Below, one piece after another: positions 1 to 9,904 of a stretch of DNA of 64,000 nucleotides; the stretch's first letter is position 1; each line of letters starts with the position of its first letter. The position numbers and the translations under genes were made by a program. Under the pieces are notes generated by a model. It had not been told where the DNA came from, did not search any database, and saw nothing but the letters and a program-made list of their open reading frames with translations. This DNA comes from Gammaproteobacteria bacterium (GTDB lineage: Bacteria; Pseudomonadota; Gammaproteobacteria; JBCCGL01), in assembly GCA_965277715.1 (NCBI GenBank), contig OZ255836.1, positions 2,880,001-2,944,000 of the forward strand, in the 5' to 3' direction.

Positions 1-948
1 CACAACGCCGCCACCGGGCGCGAGGCCAGTATGCCGCAAACCATCGCGGTAAGCGGTGGCCACAAAAAACACATCGTCGTCGTCGGCGCAGGCCCAGCGG
101 GTCTGGAGGCGGCCAAGGTTGCCGCAGAGCGCGGGCACCAGGTGACGTTGCTTGAAGCCGCCGCGCAAACCGGCGGGCAACTACAACTCATTGCCCGCAG
201 TCAGCGCCGCGCCGAGTTGTTAGGTATCACTACCTGGCGTACAGCCATGTGTGAATCGCTGGGTGTCGATATGCGTTTCAATCTGTACGCTGAGGTCGAC
301 GATGTACTCGCGTTTGAGCCGGATATTGTGGTCATCGCCACAGGCGGGGTGCCGGATACGGAAATCCTCCCCTCTGGCAATCAGTGGGCAGTATCCAGTT
401 GGGACATTATCGCGGGGGATGTGACACCCAAAGCCACTGTACTAGTGTATGACGACAACGGCGGTCACCCCGGTATGCAGGCCGCTGAGATGCTCGCCGA
501 GGCAGGCTCGGCGCTGGAGATTGTGACGCCTGAGCGGTTTTTTGCCCCTGAAATTGGGGGTATTAACCACGTTGCCTATGCGCGTGCGTTTCAAAAGCAC
601 CAGGCGGTTATCACCCTCAGTCGGCGGGTAGTACGTGTAGAGCCTGAGGGCGATCAACTGCGCGTATCGCTGGCCAGTGATTACGGTGACTTTCCCGATT
701 CCCGTCTGGTTGATCAGTTGGTTGTAGAGCACGGTACGCTGCCGAATGATGCGCTGTATTTTGGGTTGAAAGCCGGTTCGGTTAATGGGGGTGAAGTTGA
801 CTACCAGGCCTTGATTCAGGGTGAAGCACAAACGGTTGTACGCAATCCGCAGGGCAAATATCAGTTATTTCGGATTGGCGATGCGGTTGCCAGCCGCAAT
901 ATTCATGCTGCGGTTTACGACGCGTTGCGGCTGGTCAAGAATTTTTGA
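1..948 (+). CDS. NADH:flavin oxidoreductase (OYE/TMADH family), N-methylproline/dimethylglycine demethylase-like (StcD/HpbA/DgcA type); 5' end lies outside the window
   Basis: Frame is open from base 1 (HNAATGRE...). GAGPAGLEAA dinucleotide-binding motif and C-terminal LFRIGDAVASRNIHAAVYDALRL are typical of StcD/DgcA. Confidence 0.8.
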   Translation, partial: HNAATGREASMPQTIAVSGGHKKHIVVVGAGPAGLEAAKVAAERGHQVTLLEAAAQTGGQLQLIARSQRRAELLGITTWRTAMCESLGVDMRFNLYAEVDDVLAFEPDIVVIATGGVPDTEILPSGNQWAVSSWDIIAGDVTPKATVLVYDDNGGHPGMQAAEMLAEAGSALEIVTPERFFAPEIGGINHVAYARAFQKHQAVITLSRRVVRVEPEGDQLRVSLASDYGDFPDSRLVDQLVVEHGTLPNDALYFGLKAGSVNGGEVDYQALIQGEAQTVVRNPQGKYQLFRIGDAVASRNIHAAVYDALRLVKNF

Positions 949-1120
949 TCCGTGGTTATAGCCAATCTTCTGTGAGTACTGGCTCCTGGCGATCAGGTCC
1001 ACAATATGGGTTTTGGTGCTGGCAACAGAAACAGGTATTGCATTCATTCGTACGATAACTCATACCATTATTAATGGGCGGTTATGACCTTTTTGACCAA
1101 ACTATCAAGCTAAAAATAGC

Positions 1121-1540
1121 TTACTGTGTCGTACTTTCACCCTCTTTAAGTAAGCCCTCCCACTTTGCCTTGTTATCACTACTTGGGGAAATATTGGCGC
1201 GCTGTGGGTATAAACGCTGGGTTAGGTCAGCGACTGCACTGACAAACAGGGTGCGCCGACTGCCACTGCAGTAATTATCCAGCCAGTTAAGAATTTCATT
1301 ACTGCCACGCTCCCCGGTGATGTCGTAGGTATTATTGACGATAACGTTAAACGCCGAGAAATAGGCAAAGACCCAATCGGTGTATTGTTGCGTCTCGACC
1401 GGGCCTTGTCGGCGCGATGTGAGGTAGTCCCCGCAATTTTGCGCACCTGCACCAAAAACGGCGTGTTCACCGTCAAAATCCTTGGCATCGATCAGTGTCA
1501 AAGGGCTGCACAGTACAAGCAATAGAATCAGTGATTTCAT
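1121..1540 (-). CDS. Small secreted hypothetical protein with two Cys (GAGAQNCGDY...WLDNYC)
   Basis: 139-aa ORF with an N-terminal signal peptide, co-oriented directly downstream of fbpC. Confidence 0.7.
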   Translation of the reverse strand: MKSLILLLVLCSPLTLIDAKDFDGEHAVFGAGAQNCGDYLTSRRQGPVETQQYTDWVFAYFSAFNVIVNNTYDITGERGSNEILNWLDNYCSGSRRTLFVSAVADLTQRLYPQRANISPSSDNKAKWEGLLKEGESTTQ

Positions 1541-1584
1541 GCGCGACTTAACGGCACCGCTGGGGCAATCTTTAGCCTCAGCTT

Positions 1585-2631
1585 TTAGTCACGCATAAAA
1601 ACCACCAGGTGATCCAGCTCCAGGCGTATACCAATGCGCTCGCCAATTGCGTGGTTGTGATGGCTGGGTGCCAAACACATCACCCGCGTGGCACCTGGCA
1701 ACAACAGGGTGTAGAGGTGGTCTGCACCGCGAAAGGATTTTTTTTCCACCGTTGCCATTTGTGGGCTGAGGTCATCGTGAAGAATATCGTCGGGGCGAAC
1801 CAATAGCTCGACTTCAGTGCCCACCGGGTAGGCGGTGGATATTTCCCCGCTGACGATGCCCAGCTCGGTTTGCAACTGCATTTCGTTGAGCACACTGCCA
1901 CAAACAAATACGCCCTGACCGATAAAATCAGCGACGAAACGGCTCCCGGGGCGGTGGTACAAATCGTAGGCGCTATCCCATTGGTAGAGCGCACCGGCGT
2001 TAATAACACCAATCACATCGGCAAAGGCAAACGCCTCTAACTGATCGTGGGTAACCAGCAGCGCGGTGATGCCATCATGGCGTAAAATTTCGCTGACCTC
2101 ACGCGCCAGTTGTTCACGCAGCTCGATGTCCTGACCGCTAAAGGGTTCATCCAGCAGCAGTACATCGGGGCTCGGTGCCATCGAGCGAATCAGTGCTATG
2201 CGTTGCTGTTGACCGCCGGATAGCTGGTGCGGATAGCTGTCGCGGTAGGCACTTAAACCGACCAGGGCGAGTAGCTCGTCAACCCGGGCGTTGCGTTGCT
2301 GGGCGGAATAGTGGCGAATACCAAAGCCCACATTGGCCGCTACAGACAGATGGGGAAACAGCGCCAGATCCTGAAATACCATACCAATATTGCGGTGTTC
2401 CGGGGGCAATAGGTGCTCATGGCTGGCGATTGGTCGGTTGCGTAAGTGAATGCTGCCCTCGCTGGGCTGTTCAAAACCGGCGATGGTGCGTAACAGGGTG
2501 GTTTTACCGCAGCCACTGGGGCCAAGCAAACTGCCAATCTGACCGCTGTTCAGTGTGAAACTGATGTTTTCGACGATGCGTTGGCCATCGAGGTCAACGC
2601 TGATGCCGTTCAGTGTTAAGTGTGCTTTCAT
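1585..2631 (-). CDS. fbpC: Fe3+ ABC transporter ATP-binding protein
   Basis: Walker A GPSGCGKT, signature LSGGQQQR, Walker B LLLDEP, C-terminal TOBE-like region; operon context. Confidence 0.92.
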   Translation of the reverse strand: MKAHLTLNGISVDLDGQRIVENISFTLNSGQIGSLLGPSGCGKTTLLRTIAGFEQPSEGSIHLRNRPIASHEHLLPPEHRNIGMVFQDLALFPHLSVAANVGFGIRHYSAQQRNARVDELLALVGLSAYRDSYPHQLSGGQQQRIALIRSMAPSPDVLLLDEPFSGQDIELREQLAREVSEILRHDGITALLVTHDQLEAFAFADVIGVINAGALYQWDSAYDLYHRPGSRFVADFIGQGVFVCGSVLNEMQLQTELGIVSGEISTAYPVGTEVELLVRPDDILHDDLSPQMATVEKKSFRGADHLYTLLLPGATRVMCLAPSHHNHAIGERIGIRLELDHLVVFMRD

Positions 2632-4355
2632 CGATTTTTATTGTGGTGGTGCCCGGCACGCGAACGCGCAATGGCGATACTTAGCAGGATAACCGGAATA
2701 ATACCTACCGCGACGATAGCCAATGCAGCGGTTGATGCATCAGCCAAACGCTCGTCAGAGGCGAGCTCATAAGCGCGCACAGACAGGGTGTTGAAATTAA
2801 ACGGGCGCAACACCAGTGTGGCGGGCAGTTCTTTAAGCACATCGACAAACACAATCACCACCGCTGTCAGTAAGCTGGCGCGCATCATCGGCAGGTGCAC
2901 CGAGCGTAACACCTGGGCGCTGGACTGCCCCATTGAGCGCGCCGCCTCGTCCATCGAACCTTTGATTTTCCCCAGCCCGGCCTCAACGGTTTGCAGCGAT
3001 ACGGCTAAAAACCGCACGGTGTAGGCAAACAACAGGATAAACACCGTGCCGCTCAACATCAGCCCACTACTGATCGAAAAGGTCTCGCGCAACCAGGCAT
3101 CGATGGCGTTATCGAAAGCGCCAAAGGGAATCAAGACACCGACGGCAATCACCGTACCGGGAATCGCGTACCCCATCAACGCCAGCCGTGAAAAAAAATG
3201 CATCAACGCCGATGGTTGTATGCGGTTACCGTAGGCCAGTAACAACGCGGGAACCAGCGCCACCAGCGCCGCAATACCGGCGAGTGAAAAACTGTTAATG
3301 ACCAGCTTGATAAAACTGGCGTCAACCATTTCTGCCCAGGTCCATATCGCCCACTGCACCAACTGCGCAAGCGGCACGATAAACCCCAGCAGCAGGGGTA
3401 TAAAACAGGCGATAGTCGCCAACCACGCCTTGGCGAGTGACAGGCGCACCGCTGGCAGTGCCTGGTAGCGATTACTGGTGTGGTGAAAGCGCGCCCGCCT
3501 GCGCGACCAGCGCTCCAGCGCGATCAGTGCAAACACAAACAGCATTAATACCGCCGAGAGCTGTGCGGCAGCCACCGCATCGTACATACCAAACCAGGTG
3601 CGGAAGATGCCCGTGGTAAAGGTGGCCACACCAAAGTATTCAACGGTGCCAAAGTCGGCCAGGGTTTCCATTAGCGCCAGTGATAAACCGGCGGCAATCG
3701 CCGGGCGGGCCAGTGGCAGGGCCACGCTCCAAAAGCTGCGCCAGGGACCACAGCCCAGTGTGCGGCTGGCTTCCAGCACGCACACCGATTGTTCAATAAA
3801 TGCCGCACGCGCCAGTAGGTAAACGTAAGGGTATAGCACCAGCGAAAACATCGCGATAGCCCCCCACAGCGAGCGCACATCGGGAAACCAGTAGTCGCCG
3901 TACTGCATATCAAACCAGGCGCGCAGCCCGGTCTGCACTGGCCCGCTGGCTTCGAGCATACCGGTGTAGGTGTAGGCGATGATATACGCAGGCATCGCCA
4001 GCGGCAAAAGCTGTGCCCAGATCAAAAACCCCCTGCCGGGAAAGCGGTACATGCTGGTCAGCCAGGCAGTGGTTACGCCAATGCTACCAGCGCCCAGTGC
4101 CACACCGAACATCAACAGCAAGGAGTTGTTGATGTAGTCGATTAATACGGTATCAGTCAGGTGTGACCAGTTCTCGCTGGCGGGGGCAAACAGGAATGCC
4201 AGGATAGTAAAAACAGGTGTCAGGATAATCAGCGCGGAGAGCAGGCCGGATACTGTCCACAGCGTTGGCGCCCGCCATTTGGGGCGAGCGCGGTATAGCC
4301 GTGCTACGGTATAACCGACGGTCACCTGCGCTTCATTTCCAACCGGCCCGGTCAA
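2628..4355 (-). CDS. fbpB: Fe3+ ABC transporter permease (start may be further downstream)
   Basis: Duplicated permease with two EAA motifs (EASRTLG, EAARSMG) and LPLAMPAYIIAYTY. Confidence 0.92.
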   Translation of the reverse strand: MTGPVGNEAQVTVGYTVARLYRARPKWRAPTLWTVSGLLSALIILTPVFTILAFLFAPASENWSHLTDTVLIDYINNSLLLMFGVALGAGSIGVTTAWLTSMYRFPGRGFLIWAQLLPLAMPAYIIAYTYTGMLEASGPVQTGLRAWFDMQYGDYWFPDVRSLWGAIAMFSLVLYPYVYLLARAAFIEQSVCVLEASRTLGCGPWRSFWSVALPLARPAIAAGLSLALMETLADFGTVEYFGVATFTTGIFRTWFGMYDAVAAAQLSAVLMLFVFALIALERWSRRRARFHHTSNRYQALPAVRLSLAKAWLATIACFIPLLLGFIVPLAQLVQWAIWTWAEMVDASFIKLVINSFSLAGIAALVALVPALLLAYGNRIQPSALMHFFSRLALMGYAIPGTVIAVGVLIPFGAFDNAIDAWLRETFSISSGLMLSGTVFILLFAYTVRFLAVSLQTVEAGLGKIKGSMDEAARSMGQSSAQVLRSVHLPMMRASLLTAVVIVFVDVLKELPATLVLRPFNFNTLSVRAYELASDERLADASTAALAIVAVGIIPVILLSIAIARSRAGHHHNKNR

Positions 4356-5373
4356 AGGTGCGCACGGCCTCGGCGTTGTGCGCGCCCAGCTTACCGATAT
4401 TCAGCGCGTCAGACTTAAACGGAAAGCCCCAGCTTGCGACAATCTCACTGACGGCAACACCGTCGACCACCGGGTACTCGTGGTTAGCCTGTGCGTACCA
4501 GGCCTGTGCCGCGTCACTGGCCAGAAATTCGAGCAGGCGCACGGCGTTATCCCGATGCTTTGCCCCTTTGATTACGCCTGCACCGCTGACATTCATATGC
4601 GCGCCACGCCCCGCCTGATTAGGGAAAAATACCGCCACTTTGGCGGCGGCCTCGCGTTGACCGTCGTCCTTGTTGGCCGTTTGCATTTTGCCCAGGTAGT
4701 AGGTATTGGCGATAGCAATATCGCACTCACCCACCGCCACGGCCTTTATCTGTGCACGGTCATTGCCTTTTGGTGTGCGCGCCATATTGGCGACAATACC
4801 ACGCGCCCAGTCTTCTGCGGCAGGTGTGCCGTTGTTGGCAATCATCGAGGCCAAAAGGGATTGATTGTAGATATTCCCCGATGAGCGAATGCAGATTTTG
4901 CCCTGCCAACGCGCATCGGTCAGCGCTTCATAGGTAGACAAATGTGCCGGGGCAACACGCTCCAGGCTGTAAATAATCGCCCGTGATCGTGCTGAAAGGG
5001 CAAACCAGGTATTGTCTTCATCGCGGTAGTGTTGAGGAATTTGTGACTGCAGTATGGGGCTGCTGACAGCCTGAAAGAGACCCGCCGCTTTGGCTGCATG
5101 CAGTCGACCGGCATCGACCGTCAGGAGTACATCAGCCGGGGTGTTAGCCCCTTCGCTTTGTAGGCGTTTGATCAATGCACCCGCCTTGCCAGTGACCAGA
5201 TTGACGGTGATACCCGTCTCCTGACTAAACTGGTCTAACAATGGTTTAATCAGTTTTTCATTGCGGGCGGAGTAAATATTCACTTCATTGGCTGCCCGTG
5301 CTGGCTGTGCCAGTGCCGTCAATACAAGGGAGAAAAGAAAGGCGGCACAGAAGCCATATTGAGTGCATCTCAT
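4333..5373 (-). CDS. fbpA: Fe3+ ABC transporter substrate-binding protein (FbpA/FutA)
   Basis: Signal peptide, EVNIYSAR, ADVLLTVDAGRL, NTYYLG (iron-binding Tyr pair), NHEYPV. Confidence 0.93.
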   Translation of the reverse strand: MRCTQYGFCAAFLFSLVLTALAQPARAANEVNIYSARNEKLIKPLLDQFSQETGITVNLVTGKAGALIKRLQSEGANTPADVLLTVDAGRLHAAKAAGLFQAVSSPILQSQIPQHYRDEDNTWFALSARSRAIIYSLERVAPAHLSTYEALTDARWQGKICIRSSGNIYNQSLLASMIANNGTPAAEDWARGIVANMARTPKGNDRAQIKAVAVGECDIAIANTYYLGKMQTANKDDGQREAAAKVAVFFPNQAGRGAHMNVSGAGVIKGAKHRDNAVRLLEFLASDAAQAWYAQANHEYPVVDGVAVSEIVASWGFPFKSDALNIGKLGAHNAEAVRTFDRAGWK

Positions 5374-5435
5374 GGTGTCTCCAATAATAGACAGTTATTG
5401 AATGTAGAGAAAGTATAACTAAAGTAAAACTTATT

Positions 5436-5454
5436 GCAAATGATAAACATTATC
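5436..5454. promoter_or_regulatory. Fur box upstream of fbpA
   Basis: gcaaatgataaacattatc matches GATAATGATAATCATTATC at 16/19 positions, about 60 bp upstream of the fbpA start. Confidence 0.88.
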
Positions 5455-5546
5455 ATTCGTATTAATATTTAATAACAAGCCTACCCATGCGGCGGCCTAC
5501 AGGCTAATATGCCGCTATTTTCCGCCCATTCCGCAGTAACGTTTTA

Positions 5547-5719
5547 ACCTAAATTCCGCAGTTGAATCGTAGCGAGGGCGTCTAAGGGGCTGAAGATGAA
5601 GTGTTTTTACCAGAATTTTAGCAATCCTTGATTCTACAGGTGAACCTGAAATGCTGGTAAAAGCGCTTTAGATTCAATGCATTAGGTGCTCGCAGTAGAT
5701 TCAACTGAGGAATTTAGGT
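5547..5719. mobile_element. MITE-like element, family A copy 1 (173 bp)
   Basis: TIRs ACCTAAATTCCGCAGTTGAATC / GATTCAACTGAGGAATTTAGGT, TTA on both flanks (5544-5546, 5720-5722), near-identical to 48336-48512. Confidence 0.85.
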
Positions 5720-5722
5720 TTA

Positions 5723-8614
5723 ATGGCATCCACAACAACACTCCCCCCTCCAATACAGCAACTTGCCGAGGCTCGCTTACAACGCATTGTCGACGCGGCA
5801 GACCATGCAGGCATTGATATGGGTGATCGGCACGCGCTAAAACCCGCGCTACCCGTACTTGCCTATAGTGAATTTGTAACCCGTATCTGCTCCCGGGAGC
5901 CTGCACTGTTGTTGCAGTGCCTCGCCAATACGGCGCCTTTACCCTGTACTTACCCTCAACTGCTTAGCGATACATTGTCGGGGGCACATGATGACCACAG
6001 TGCCAAAGCCAGGTTAAGACAGTTGCGCAACCGCGAAATGGTGCGGATTGCCTGGGTTGACCTATCCGGGCAATGCGCTATTGATAATGTACTGGCCGCC
6101 ACCAGCGCGCTCGCCGAGGCGATCATCGATGGCACATTGGCACACCTCTACACACAAATGTGCACACAGTGGGGTACACCACGCAATGCCGGGGGACAGA
6201 CACAGCAATTGGTGGTGTTAGGGATGGGCAAACTGGGAGGGGGGGAGTTGAATTTTTCCTCTGATATCGACTTGATCTTCGCCTTTGCCGATAACGGCCA
6301 ATGTGACGGCGGCAAAGCGCTCGACAACCGGGAATTTTTTACCCGCCTGGGGCAGCGTTTGATCACTATGCTCAACGATATAAGCGCGGATGGTTTTGTC
6401 TACCGCGTCGATATGCGTTTGCGCCCATTTGGTGATGTGGGGCCGCTGGCGGTCAGCTTCGATGCCCTGGAAAACTATTTCCAGACACACGGGCGGGAAT
6501 GGGAGCGCTACGCGATGGTTAAAGCGCGGGTTGTCGCCGGTGACCAGCAGGCGGGCAGCCAGCTATTATCGATTCTAAAGCCCTTTATATACCGCCGTTA
6601 CATGGATTACGGCGCGATAGAATCGCTGCGCGAACTAAAGATAAAGATAGCCGGTGAGGTTGCGCGCAAAGGTATGCAGGGCAATATTAAGCTCGGCCCA
6701 GGTGGTATTCGTGAAATTGAGTTTATCGCCCAGGTGTTTCAACTGATCCACGGCGGTCAGAATGCGGCGCTACAAACCCGTTCATTGATTGATGCGGTCG
6801 AACACGTATCAAACGCCGGTCATTTACAGCCACACCAGGCGGCGACGCTGTTATCGGCCTATCGGTTTTTGCGCCGTCTGGAGAACCGCCTGCAAATGCA
6901 CAATGACGAACAGATACACAGCCTGCCCGCGTCGGCGGAGGCACGCGTATCACTTGCCCTATCAATGGGTTTCACGGGTATAGCGGATTTCGGGCAGGCA
7001 TTGAGCCGACACACTGAGGCGGTCGAGCAGCTTTTCCAGTCGGTCTTTAAAGTAGACACTGCACAGGCGGGAACGCCCAGTGAACTGACCGCAGTCTGGC
7101 AGAACAGTGATACAGACAGCACCGCTATAGCCACACTCACCAGGGTAGGGTTTCACCACCCACAGCAGGCGTTTGACAGTCTACAAACCTTAAAGCGCAG
7201 CCGCTTTTATCACAACCTCAGCACACGGGCGCGCACCCGCCTGGATGCGTTGCTGCCCCGTGCGCTGGGCCATGTCGTTGAGCAGGATAACCCCGATGTT
7301 ACATTGCGGCGTTTATTGGGTTTATTACGTGCTATTGCCGGTCGTAGTGTGTACTTGGCCATGCTACTGGAAGTGCCTGCCTCGCTGGTGCACCTGATTG
7401 ACCTGTTATCGGCTAGCGCCTGGGTAGCTGAGTTTGTCACCCGTCACCCACTGGTGATTGACGAACTGCTCGACCCGTCACCACCAGCACAATGCCCGGA
7501 TTATACCGGCCTGGAAAATATGGCCCGCCAGTCGTTGCGACGCCTGCCAGACAATGGTCTGGGCGAGCGCATGGATGCCCTGCGCCGCTACCAGCAAACA
7601 CAGATGTTGCGCATTGTCAGCGCTGACCTCGATGGTGTGTTTACGGTAACGGAGGTTAGCGAACACTTGAGTTGTCTGGCACAGGCACTGTTGCAGGTGG
7701 CGTCTGATGTAACCTGGGATGAGCTGGTAGCGCGCTATGGGCGGCCAACCTGCCGGGTGAATGGCCAGCTACGGCGGCCTGGCTTCGGCATCGTCGCCTA
7801 TGGCAAGCTCGGGGGTATGGAGCTTGGCTATGGCTCGGATCTCGACATCGTTTTTCTACACGAAAGCGAAGGCAGTCAACAACAAACCGATGGCGCCCAG
7901 GTGGTCGATAACGCCGTATTTTTTGCCCGCCTGGCGCAAAAGCTGGTGCACTTTATCAGCACCCTGACCCCGGCGGGGGTGCTCTATGATGTCGATACAC
8001 GGCTGCGGCCAAACGGTGCATCCGGCTTATTGGTTAGCCGTATCGATGCCTTCGCAGAATACCAGCTCAAGCAGGCCTGGACATGGGAACACCAGGCACT
8101 GGTGCGCGCCCGCATGGTCGTGGGCAGCAGGAGACTGCAGCAGCGCTTTGCAGCGATACGCCAACAGGTATTGCAGCTACCGCGTGACCGCCGTCAACTG
8201 GGGCACGATGTTGCCGCCATGCGCAAGCGTATGTTTGATCAATTATGTAAAGGTAATGAGCGCTTATTTGATATTAAACAGGATCGTGGAGGTGTCGCTG
8301 ATATTGAGTTTATGGTTCAATATCTGGTTCTTGCCTGGGTACAGCAGTATCCGGTGTTAGCGCAGTATACCGACAACCTTCGCCTGCTCGAATTTATCGG
8401 TACCCAGCAGATCATCGAACGCGAACAGGCAGAAAAACTGGCACAATCCTACCTGACACTGCGCAACGGCATTCATCGCCGGGTATTGCAGGGTGAACCG
8501 GGCGTAATCGAGCGGGCAGACGCTGATACAGCGCTCATCGACGGGGTTGTGGAAATATGGCAAACAGTCATGCCGACTGTGGATGCACCCGTAAATTCGC
8601 CTGGCAAAGACTGA
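5723..8614 (+). CDS. glnE: Bifunctional glutamine synthetase adenylyltransferase/deadenylylase
   Basis: Two NTase domains: GMGKLGGGELNFSSDIDLIF and YGKLGGMELGYGSDLDIVF; RVDMRLRP. Confidence 0.96.
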   Translation: MASTTTLPPPIQQLAEARLQRIVDAADHAGIDMGDRHALKPALPVLAYSEFVTRICSREPALLLQCLANTAPLPCTYPQLLSDTLSGAHDDHSAKARLRQLRNREMVRIAWVDLSGQCAIDNVLAATSALAEAIIDGTLAHLYTQMCTQWGTPRNAGGQTQQLVVLGMGKLGGGELNFSSDIDLIFAFADNGQCDGGKALDNREFFTRLGQRLITMLNDISADGFVYRVDMRLRPFGDVGPLAVSFDALENYFQTHGREWERYAMVKARVVAGDQQAGSQLLSILKPFIYRRYMDYGAIESLRELKIKIAGEVARKGMQGNIKLGPGGIREIEFIAQVFQLIHGGQNAALQTRSLIDAVEHVSNAGHLQPHQAATLLSAYRFLRRLENRLQMHNDEQIHSLPASAEARVSLALSMGFTGIADFGQALSRHTEAVEQLFQSVFKVDTAQAGTPSELTAVWQNSDTDSTAIATLTRVGFHHPQQAFDSLQTLKRSRFYHNLSTRARTRLDALLPRALGHVVEQDNPDVTLRRLLGLLRAIAGRSVYLAMLLEVPASLVHLIDLLSASAWVAEFVTRHPLVIDELLDPSPPAQCPDYTGLENMARQSLRRLPDNGLGERMDALRRYQQTQMLRIVSADLDGVFTVTEVSEHLSCLAQALLQVASDVTWDELVARYGRPTCRVNGQLRRPGFGIVAYGKLGGMELGYGSDLDIVFLHESEGSQQQTDGAQVVDNAVFFARLAQKLVHFISTLTPAGVLYDVDTRLRPNGASGLLVSRIDAFAEYQLKQAWTWEHQALVRARMVVGSRRLQQRFAAIRQQVLQLPRDRRQLGHDVAAMRKRMFDQLCKGNERLFDIKQDRGGVADIEFMVQYLVLAWVQQYPVLAQYTDNLRLLEFIGTQQIIEREQAEKLAQSYLTLRNGIHRRVLQGEPGVIERADADTALIDGVVEIWQTVMPTVDAPVNSPGKD

Positions 8615-8646
8615 TAATAACGACTGAATAACGAAGGGGCAAAGTA

Positions 8647-9567
8647 ATGTCGATGGCTGATCGCGATGGCTTAATCTGGTTTGATGGGGCGTTTGTTCCC
8701 TGGCGTGAGGCGCAGGTTCATGTGCTCACGCACACACTGCATTATGGCATGGGTGTATTTGAAGGCGTGCGCGCCTATGAAACCGCGCGCGGCCCGGCCA
8801 TCTTCCGCTTGCAGGATCACACCAAACGCTTTTTAAACTCGGCCAAAATCATGCACATGGATTTACCCTGGGATGCCGATGCCCTCAACCAGGCCCAACG
8901 GGAAGCGGTGCGCGTGAACAACTTATCATCCTGCTATATCCGCCCGATGGCCTTCTACGGCAGTGAAGGTATGGGGCTGCGCGCCGATAACCTCAGCGTA
9001 CACTGCATTATTGCCGCCTGGGAGTGGGGGGCGTATTTAGGTGACGATGGGCTGAACAAAGGCATCCGCATCAAAACATCCTCCTACACACGCCACCACC
9101 CCAATATCTCCATGTGCCGCGCCAAGGCTAACGGCCAGTACATCAATTCAATGTTGGCGTTGCGTGAGGCGCTAACCGATGGCTACGATGAAGCCTTGTT
9201 GTTGGATGTCGACGGCTATGTGGCCGAGGGCAGCGGCGAGAACTTTTTCATCGTCCAGGATGGCACCATCTACACCCCTGACGTCGCCTCCGCGCTGGAT
9301 GGCATCACCCGCCGCTCGGTCATTACCCTGGCCCAGGATTTAGGGCTCACTGTAAAAGAGAAACGTATCACCCGTGATGAAGTGTACGTCTGTGATGAAG
9401 CATTTTTTACCGGCACTGCCGCAGAGGTAACCCCCATCCGCGAGCTGGATAACCGCCCTATCGGTAGCGGTACACGCGGCCCGATTACCGCGCAACTGCA
9501 AGCCCTGTTTTTCGACCAGGTACAGGGTAAGCGTAGCGAGTACCCACAGTGGCTAGATTATATCTAG
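8647..9567 (+). CDS. ilvE: Branched-chain amino acid aminotransferase
   Basis: HTLHYGMGVFEGVRAY, EGSGENFF, FTGTAAEVTPI; glnE-ilvE synteny. Confidence 0.96.
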   Translation: MSMADRDGLIWFDGAFVPWREAQVHVLTHTLHYGMGVFEGVRAYETARGPAIFRLQDHTKRFLNSAKIMHMDLPWDADALNQAQREAVRVNNLSSCYIRPMAFYGSEGMGLRADNLSVHCIIAAWEWGAYLGDDGLNKGIRIKTSSYTRHHPNISMCRAKANGQYINSMLALREALTDGYDEALLLDVDGYVAEGSGENFFIVQDGTIYTPDVASALDGITRRSVITLAQDLGLTVKEKRITRDEVYVCDEAFFTGTAAEVTPIRELDNRPIGSGTRGPITAQLQALFFDQVQGKRSEYPQWLDYI

Positions 9568-9611
9568 ACATAATATATCGACCTGCTCACCCTCAAAGTC
9601 CGTGGGTTACC

Positions 9612-9659
9612 CTAGACCTCATGTATTAACTTGCACACAAGTCAATACATGAGGTCTAG
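9612..9659. repeat. 48-bp palindromic repeat, family B copy 1
   Basis: CTAGACCTCATGTATTAACTTG-CACA-CAAGTCAATACATGAGGTCTAG; homologues at 12028 and 35545. Confidence 0.85.
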
Positions 9660-9904
9660 CCAGGCTGGAATATTGCCTTGCTAATCAATACAGGTGTACG
9701 CCAACTGTTTCTGTAGAAAGTAGGTTGACGCTAATTGCTGGTAGTATAGGGTTGTGCATTGGCGTGAAGAGGCTCTAGCTGGAATAGAGGAGCGTATACA
9801 GTGTGCTAAACTCACCGCATAAATTTGATTTGTTTGTAAAAAATATCCTTACTCAAGAATACCCAGTACACCGTAATCGATTAGAGTAAAACCGGAATAT
9901 AGCG

